From positions 2,490 to 66,489 of the forward strand of contig JAZQKB010000034.1 in assembly GCA_045541975.1 (NCBI GenBank): 64,000 nt of DNA, written 5' to 3'. The notes under the pieces are model-generated. The model saw nothing but the letters and a program-made list of their open reading frames with translations. It did no database searches and was not told where the DNA came from. Source of the DNA: Clostridia bacterium (lineage in GTDB: Bacteria > Bacillota > Clostridia > UMGS1840). This document shows positions 58,915 through 64,000 of this stretch, piece after piece. The stretch's first letter is position 1. Each line of letters opens with the position of its first letter. The position numbers and the translations under genes were made by a program.

Positions 58915-59310
58915 TTACAAAAAACGGGTGGTAAACGCCCCGTCATCTATGTGTTCTTTGTCGGAGTGATGAGATAGATAGGTAACGGTTTCCCGAAACT
59001 TTTCGGTTGCTTCCTCGGGGATTGCGGACTGCTCTTTGAAAATTTTTTGGTTGGTTTCTTCCATTTCCAAAAGAATTTTTTCCAGATTGGAAATACGGGT
59101 TTTTCGCACCAGTTGAAGTGTCCGTGCATCCAATTCCTTGTAGGGGACAGTTAAACAGTAAGTATTATGAGGCTGGTCTCTATGATGAATTTCAAATGTT
59201 TTTCTCTCATGATTTCGGAGCACAAAATAACCCGGATCCAGTTCCCGAAGACGCTCCGGAATATTAAACACATTGGTAGTAATGGGCGTTTTTATTCGTT
59301 GTTGTTTCAT
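58915..59310 (-). CDS. Hypothetical protein (131 aa) within the phage-like module
   Basis: Intact ORF with an AAGAGGA RBS. No motif I recognise. Confidence 0.5.
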   Translation of the reverse strand: MKQQRIKTPITTNVFNIPERLRELDPGYFVLRNHERKTFEIHHRDQPHNTYCLTVPYKELDARTLQLVRKTRISNLEKILLEMEETNQKIFKEQSAIPEEATEKFRETVTYLSHHSDKEHIDDGAFTTRFL

Positions 59311-59448
59311 GATTCCTCTTTTTTAAAAAGGAGGTTGCCCAAAAAGTTGATTCACTTCTTAAACAACCCCATTCCACAAGGGATAGGAAACAGGCTTTAT
59401 AGCAAAAACTTGCTTTTTGCACTCTAAAGTCTTTTCACATCCCTTTTG

Positions 59449-60597
59449 TTATGCTGTAATTCCTTTGAGTCTAGCCTGACCGCCCGGATGGTCACACATT
59501 AACTCGCCGTATTTGGCTAAAACTGCAGTCCAAGCGGGTTTTCCTGCAATTTGTTTTAAGATTTTGCCGTCGTCATCCAGCCAGTCCCAATCGGATAAGG
59601 TGTGCATTGCAAAAGACTTGGAATTTAACAAGTCCATGGTACCGTCGGGACAGTGACGGTCTGCCACAATGGGAATACCGCCAAAGGAAATTGCCTGGAA
59701 TCCACCTTCTAAGGTCATGGGATCAATGTTTCTTCTGGTTAATTCCAGATAAGAAAGATAGTTTCTTCTCACATCGTAGGAGCAGGAAATATAGTCCACC
59801 TTGCTGCCGGTGTGTTCTTCTAAGTAGTCCATAGCGGTCTGAATTTTTAAGTCAGAAATTTCGCCGGTAGCTTCATTCAGATAGGGGAGCATCCAGTAGT
59901 TTTCGCTACGGTTCACGCCGTATAAGGGCTGAGTAGTGTCGGAGTTAAAAATTGCGCCCAGACCGGTCAGTTCTTTGCCGTAGGAATTTTGCACGGTAAT
60001 TTTATCCCCTGCTGTCACGGTAACCTCACCGTCTAACACAATCACTTTTTCAGCACGGTTAATAGCGGTGATACGTTTTGCAGCCTGGGTAGCGGAAGAG
60101 CCGATGATATCAATAATCATGCCTTCAATCAGATATTTTACAGAGTCCACCTGCACCTGATTGCCGCTTCCTTCTACCACGGTGGCAATTACGCCGGTAC
60201 CGTCGGTAAATAAGGCTCTGGAATAATTAAACTTAGCAGCTTCTAAGATGCCTTTCATTTCCTGAGTCAGTAAGTCCACAAAGGAATTGGTGTTTAAGCG
60301 GGATGCTTTCATTGCTTTATCGGAAATTTCAATCACACCATACATGTCTTTGGTGGTAGTCTCAAAATGAGTGTACTGGTTGGAACCTGCTTTCGGAAGG
60401 TTACCGGCATCGGAGGAGAATCCAAATCCGCCGTTTAACGCATAGGGTGCAAGTCTTACCACCTTGTGACCGATGATATTCTGAGAGGTTGTAACAATTT
60501 TGTTGTAAAAGGGGTTGGTAGTTGTGTTCAGCTGATTTCTTAAAACGTCCAGATAATAGCTTTTTAAAGCGACATCCGCTGTGTTGGTAGTAATCAT
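59449..60597 (-). CDS. HK97-fold-type major capsid protein (T7 gp10-like pattern)
   Basis: 382 aa. YGVIEISDKAMKASRLNTNSFVDLLTQEMKGILEAAKFNYSRALF (spine-helix-like) and the C-terminus AVLAKYGELMCDHPGGQARLKGI resemble coat proteins. A scaffold-like gene precedes it. Confidence 0.6.
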   Translation of the reverse strand: MITTNTADVALKSYYLDVLRNQLNTTTNPFYNKIVTTSQNIIGHKVVRLAPYALNGGFGFSSDAGNLPKAGSNQYTHFETTTKDMYGVIEISDKAMKASRLNTNSFVDLLTQEMKGILEAAKFNYSRALFTDGTGVIATVVEGSGNQVQVDSVKYLIEGMIIDIIGSSATQAAKRITAINRAEKVIVLDGEVTVTAGDKITVQNSYGKELTGLGAIFNSDTTQPLYGVNRSENYWMLPYLNEATGEISDLKIQTAMDYLEEHTGSKVDYISCSYDVRRNYLSYLELTRRNIDPMTLEGGFQAISFGGIPIVADRHCPDGTMDLLNSKSFAMHTLSDWDWLDDDGKILKQIAGKPAWTAVLAKYGELMCDHPGGQARLKGITA

Positions 60598-60676
60598 AAT
60601 TGTGAAGTCCTTTCTTTGATGTTCCCGTTTTATAAAAAAATCCTATGAAACATGAAACAAAAACGGGAACAGTTTT

Positions 60677-61207
60677 TTAGTGTTTTACCATTTGAAGAAA
60701 CATTTCGCCTGCTTCTTCAAAGGTTTTTGGTTGGTTGCCCGGAGTGGTACAAAACTCACCGCCTTGTCCGCAAATTAACGCCGGGGGCATCTGAGACAAG
60801 CTGTGGGCATATTCGCGGTAAGCTTGGGGCAATGTGGTTAATGCCCTTTTTGCCATGGTGAATGCCGCCTGGTGATCTAAAGATAACAGTTCGGGGTTTT
60901 CTTCCAGATAAGAGATAAAGTCGTATGCCCGATCAGCTAAGCCGTGCTCCTCCAAGAAGCCTTCCAGGTCGCTCTGAAATTTTGCTTCCACATCGGGGAC
61001 AGTGGCTTCTGCCAGGAGTTCACGTGCCTCTTTTAATTCTTCTCTGGTTCTGGAGATAAACCGTTCACTTTCGCAATATGCTTTTTCCAGCTCGGAATAA
61101 TCTTTGAATTTGCCGAGAATTAAGGGGGGATTCTCCCCGTTCTCTATGGGATTGGTCCCAACTGCAAAATGCTCATCCTGAGTGCAGTCGATAGGATTAT
61201 CAATCAT
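60677..61207 (-). CDS. Capsid scaffolding-like protein
   Basis: Acidic, predicted-helical 176 aa starting at ATG 61207 behind AAAGGAAGGA. The LGKFKDYSELEKAY motif is common at scaffold N-termini. The track ORF extends in frame to 61387, but those starts lack an RBS. Confidence 0.5.
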   Translation of the reverse strand: MIDNPIDCTQDEHFAVGTNPIENGENPPLILGKFKDYSELEKAYCESERFISRTREELKEARELLAEATVPDVEAKFQSDLEGFLEEHGLADRAYDFISYLEENPELLSLDHQAAFTMAKRALTTLPQAYREYAHSLSQMPPALICGQGGEFCTTPGNQPKTFEEAGEMFLQMVKH

Positions 61208-61474
61208 ATGTTCATTCCTTCCTTTCGCTTGTTTTCCTGCTTTTTTAATAACAGGGGTTCGGAAAACCGCTATGATTACCACGTCCGGGACTTCTTCGGC
61301 TTCCGGCCCCCTTAGTATGCAACGAATTTCACCGATTCGCAAGTTCATCTTTTTTGCAGCTTTTTGTTCCCTTTTTTTGGATACCATTCCCCTATAAAAA
61401 ACTTACGTCTTAGAAATTTGGTTTTGCCTAAAAAATTTTCCGACCAAAAATACAAAAAAACCGACGATTTATGA

Positions 61475-61503
61475 TTGACATTACGAAAAAAAGGTAGTAT
61501 AAT
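61475..61503 (+). promoter_or_regulatory. Consensus sigma-A promoter of serC-serA
   Basis: TTGACA - 17 nt - TATAAT. Confidence 0.65.
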
Positions 61504-61605
61504 AAATTTGATATCCAAATTGGATTGTTAAAAATTAAACAAGTGTAATTTTAATGGTTCCCTACGGGGGCCAAAGACATAAAAATCAGAATGGAGACAG
61601 CAAGT

Positions 61606-62688
61606 ATGAAAAGAGTTTACAACTTCAGTGCAGGACCTTCTGCATTACCGGAAGCAGTGTTACAAAAAGCTGCAGAAGAAATGTTAGATGCAAACGGCGC
61701 AGGCATGTCCGTAATGGAAATGAGTCACCGTTCCAAAGACTATCAGGCAATTATTGACCGTGCGGAAGAACTGTTCCGTGAACTGATGGAAATTCCCGAT
61801 GACTATGCAGTGTTATTCCTGCAGGGCGGTGCATCCTCTCAGTTTGCGATGATTGCTTTGAACCTGATGAATAAAAACAAAAAAGGTGACTATGTAATCA
61901 CCGGTCAGTGGGCAAAGAAAGCATATCAGGAAGGCGCACATTACGGTGACGCTTACCAGGTAGCATCCTCTGCTGACAAGACCTTCTCCTACATCCCCAA
62001 ACTGGACAAATCCATGTTCCGTCCCGATGCAGACTTCGTACATATCACCTTAAACAACACCATCTACGGCACCAAATTCAACGAATTGCCCGATGTTGGT
62101 GATGTTCCCCTGGTTGCAGATATTTCTTCCTGTATTCTGTCTGAAAAATTAGATGTTTCTAAATTTGGTATGCTGTATGCAGGTGCTCAGAAAAACATTG
62201 GTCCTGCAGGTCTCACCGTGGTGATCATCAGAAAAGACTTAATCGGCAATGCAATGGACATCTGCCCCATTATGTTTAACTACCAGACTCATTTAGATTC
62301 CGGTTCTATGTATAACACTCCTCCCACCTATGCAATTTACATCTGTAAATTAGTATTAGAATGGTTAAAAGACTTAGGTGGCGTGGAAAAAATCCAGGAA
62401 ATCAACTACAAGAAAGCAAAAATCTTGTATGACTATTTAGATTCTTCCGATTTCTTCACCGGTACCGTTGTGAAAGAAGACCGTTCCATTATGAACGTTC
62501 CCTTCCTTTCTCCCTCCGATGAATTAAACAAAAAATTCATTGCCGAAGCAAAAGAAGCCGGCTTTGTAAACTTAGCAGGTCACCGTTCTGTGGGCGGTAT
62601 GCGTGCAAGTATCTATAATGCAATGCCCGTGGAAGGTGTGCAGGCACTGGTTGACTTTATGAAGAAGTTTGAAGCTGAAAACAAATAG
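61606..62688 (+). CDS. serC: Phosphoserine aminotransferase
   Basis: YNFSAGPSALP N-terminus and GAQKNIGPAG PLP-lysine motif. Start moved to ATG 61606. Confidence 0.95.
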   Translation: MKRVYNFSAGPSALPEAVLQKAAEEMLDANGAGMSVMEMSHRSKDYQAIIDRAEELFRELMEIPDDYAVLFLQGGASSQFAMIALNLMNKNKKGDYVITGQWAKKAYQEGAHYGDAYQVASSADKTFSYIPKLDKSMFRPDADFVHITLNNTIYGTKFNELPDVGDVPLVADISSCILSEKLDVSKFGMLYAGAQKNIGPAGLTVVIIRKDLIGNAMDICPIMFNYQTHLDSGSMYNTPPTYAIYICKLVLEWLKDLGGVEKIQEINYKKAKILYDYLDSSDFFTGTVVKEDRSIMNVPFLSPSDELNKKFIAEAKEAGFVNLAGHRSVGGMRASIYNAMPVEGVQALVDFMKKFEAENK

Positions 62689-62705
62689 AAAGGTGGCATA
62701 TAACC

Positions 62706-63860
62706 ATGAAAATCGCTACTTTAAATAAAATTTCTGAAATTGGTTTAAAAGAACTGAAACCCGCTTACGAAATCAGCGATGACGTAAACGGTGCAGCAGG
62801 TGTTTTAGTAAGAAGTGCATCCATGCACGATATGGAATTTGGAAACGAACTCCATGCAATTGCAAGAGCAGGCGCAGGGGTCAACAACATCCCTGTAGAC
62901 AGATGTGCAGACGAAGGTATCATAGTATTTAACACCCCCGGTGCCAACGCAAATGCCGTAAAAGAACTGGTGTTAGCAGGTCTTTTAATGTCTTCCCGTG
63001 ATTTAATCGGTGGCAACGCCTGGGCAAAAACCTTAACCGAAGATGTGGCAAAAGCTGTGGAAAAAGGCAAAGGAATGTTTGCAGGTTGCGAAATCGCAGG
63101 CAAAACTTTAGGGGTTATCGGCTTAGGCGCAATCGGCGCAAAAGTTGCAAACACCGCATTAAACTTAGGTATGAAGGTTATCGGTTATGACCCCTTCATC
63201 TCCATTGACGGTGCTTGGAGAATCTCCAAAAATGTTGTGCACGCTACCGAATTAAAGCAGGTTTATGAAAACTGTGATTATATCACCATTCATGTTCCCT
63301 TAACTCCCGATACCAAAGGCTTTATCAACAACGAAACCATCAGCCAGATGAAGCAGGGCGTGGTTATTTTAAACTACGCAAGAGCAGCTTTAGTTTCTGA
63401 CGAAGATATCAAAGCAGCACTCTCCAGCGGAAAAGTTCGCCGTTATGTAACCGACTTCCCCGATGGTGACATTGCATCTTATCCGGGCGTTATTGCATTC
63501 CCCCACTTAGGTGCATCCACTGAAGAATCTGAAGAAAACTGTGCATATATGGCTGCCATTCAGTTAAAGGATTATTTAGAAAACGGTATCATCAAAAATT
63601 CCGTAAACTATCCCGAAATGAATTTCGCAAGACTGCCCGGTCAGAAGCGTGTGGTAGTACTTCATAGAAACATTCCCACCATGCTTTCTCAGATTTCCGG
63701 CGAGTTCTCCAAGTTATCCTTAAACATTGATAATATGCAGAACCGTTCCAAAAAGGAATATGCTTGCACCGTTTTAGATGTTGCTGGTGATATTCCCGCA
63801 GAAACCGAAGCAGCATTAAAAGCGATTGACGGAGTTATCAGAGTTCGTATCATAGACTAA
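62706..63860 (+). CDS. serA: D-3-phosphoglycerate dehydrogenase
   Basis: GVIGLGAIGAKVA NAD motif, the 2-hydroxyacid dehydrogenase catalytic pattern and a C-terminal ACT-like domain. Confidence 0.9.
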   Translation: MKIATLNKISEIGLKELKPAYEISDDVNGAAGVLVRSASMHDMEFGNELHAIARAGAGVNNIPVDRCADEGIIVFNTPGANANAVKELVLAGLLMSSRDLIGGNAWAKTLTEDVAKAVEKGKGMFAGCEIAGKTLGVIGLGAIGAKVANTALNLGMKVIGYDPFISIDGAWRISKNVVHATELKQVYENCDYITIHVPLTPDTKGFINNETISQMKQGVVILNYARAALVSDEDIKAALSSGKVRRYVTDFPDGDIASYPGVIAFPHLGASTEESEENCAYMAAIQLKDYLENGIIKNSVNYPEMNFARLPGQKRVVVLHRNIPTMLSQISGEFSKLSLNIDNMQNRSKKEYACTVLDVAGDIPAETEAALKAIDGVIRVRIID

Positions 63861-63893
63861 TTCTTTAGGTATAGGCTTGGTAAAAGGCGTAAA

Positions 63894-63930
63894 AGACGAA
63901 ATTCTTTGATTAGGATTTCGTCTTTTTTTA
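63894..63930 (+). terminator. Rho-independent terminator of serA
   Basis: agacgaaat ... atttcgtct followed by a T7 run. Confidence 0.75.
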
Positions 63931-64000
63931 TGTTATGATATGTTCATTTTTTTCTTTGGCAGCAAAGAAAAAAACGAACCAGAAAAAAGAAACTGCCGCC

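Larger units (their letters stand above)
56389..61387 (-). mobile_element. Phage-derived (podovirus-like) structural gene module; incomplete, with no recombinase
   Basis: Six co-oriented, translationally coupled ORFs with scaffold, coat, adaptor and nozzle sequence patterns, flanked on both sides by core biosynthetic operons. Confidence 0.6.

Noticed and set aside
61208-61387. In-frame 60-codon N-terminal extension of the scaffold-like ORF (MVSKKREQKAAKK...)
   Set aside because: Neither upstream ATG has a usable RBS, whereas ATG 61207 sits 8 nt after AAAGGAAGGA. The region is more likely the promoter and leader of the module; a possible TTGCGA-17-CATACT lies inside it. The longer form cannot be excluded.
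1-64000. CRISPR arrays, rRNA genes, transposases, integrases, toxin-antitoxin pairs and recognisable defence systems
   Set aside because: I looked for them across the window on both strands. No regularly spaced repeats and no corresponding ORF motifs were found.

Overview
A 64-kb chromosomal window from an anaerobic, spore-forming, S-layer-bearing Firmicute. The gene content is Clostridia-type: HydABC hydrogenase, yqfC/yqfD, spoVG, SLH-domain proteins and a SCIFF maturase. About 60 protein genes are present and almost all are housekeeping. They include hydCBA (hydA partial), tRNA-Pro, phoH-yqfD-yqfC, an S-layer/SLH envelope cluster, rpsU, rsmI, era, coaE and thrS. Also present are pyrBCFKD, proC, spoVG, prs, plsX-acpP, murA, cdaA-cdaR, FMN riboswitch-ribU, cinA-recA with an SOS box, putP, leuACDB and serCA. 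No rRNA, CRISPR array, transposase or integrase was seen. The one clearly accessory segment is a 5-kb, six-gene minus-strand module (56389-61387) between leuB and serC. By sequence pattern it reads as the scaffold / HK97-type coat / adaptor / nozzle core of a T7/P22-type podovirus. It has no portal, terminase, lysis, fibre or integrase genes, and it is the best candidate here for an undescribed system: a domesticated particle, a satellite cassette, or simply prophage debris. Smaller observations:
- a Leu-codon-rich leader peptide with alternative hairpins upstream of leuA, in place of a T-box
- a GlmU homologue reduced to its acetyltransferase half
- a SCIFF maturase with no adjacent precursor gene
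- a 193-bp tandem duplication at tRNA-Pro containing a structured tRNA-like relic
- a GC-rich three-way-junction element upstream of era
- a strongly ribosome-bound upstream ORF coupled to spoVG
- a TSCSPGW variant of the hydrogenase L1 motif
All protein-family calls rest on motif recognition from the translations. No database search was possible.
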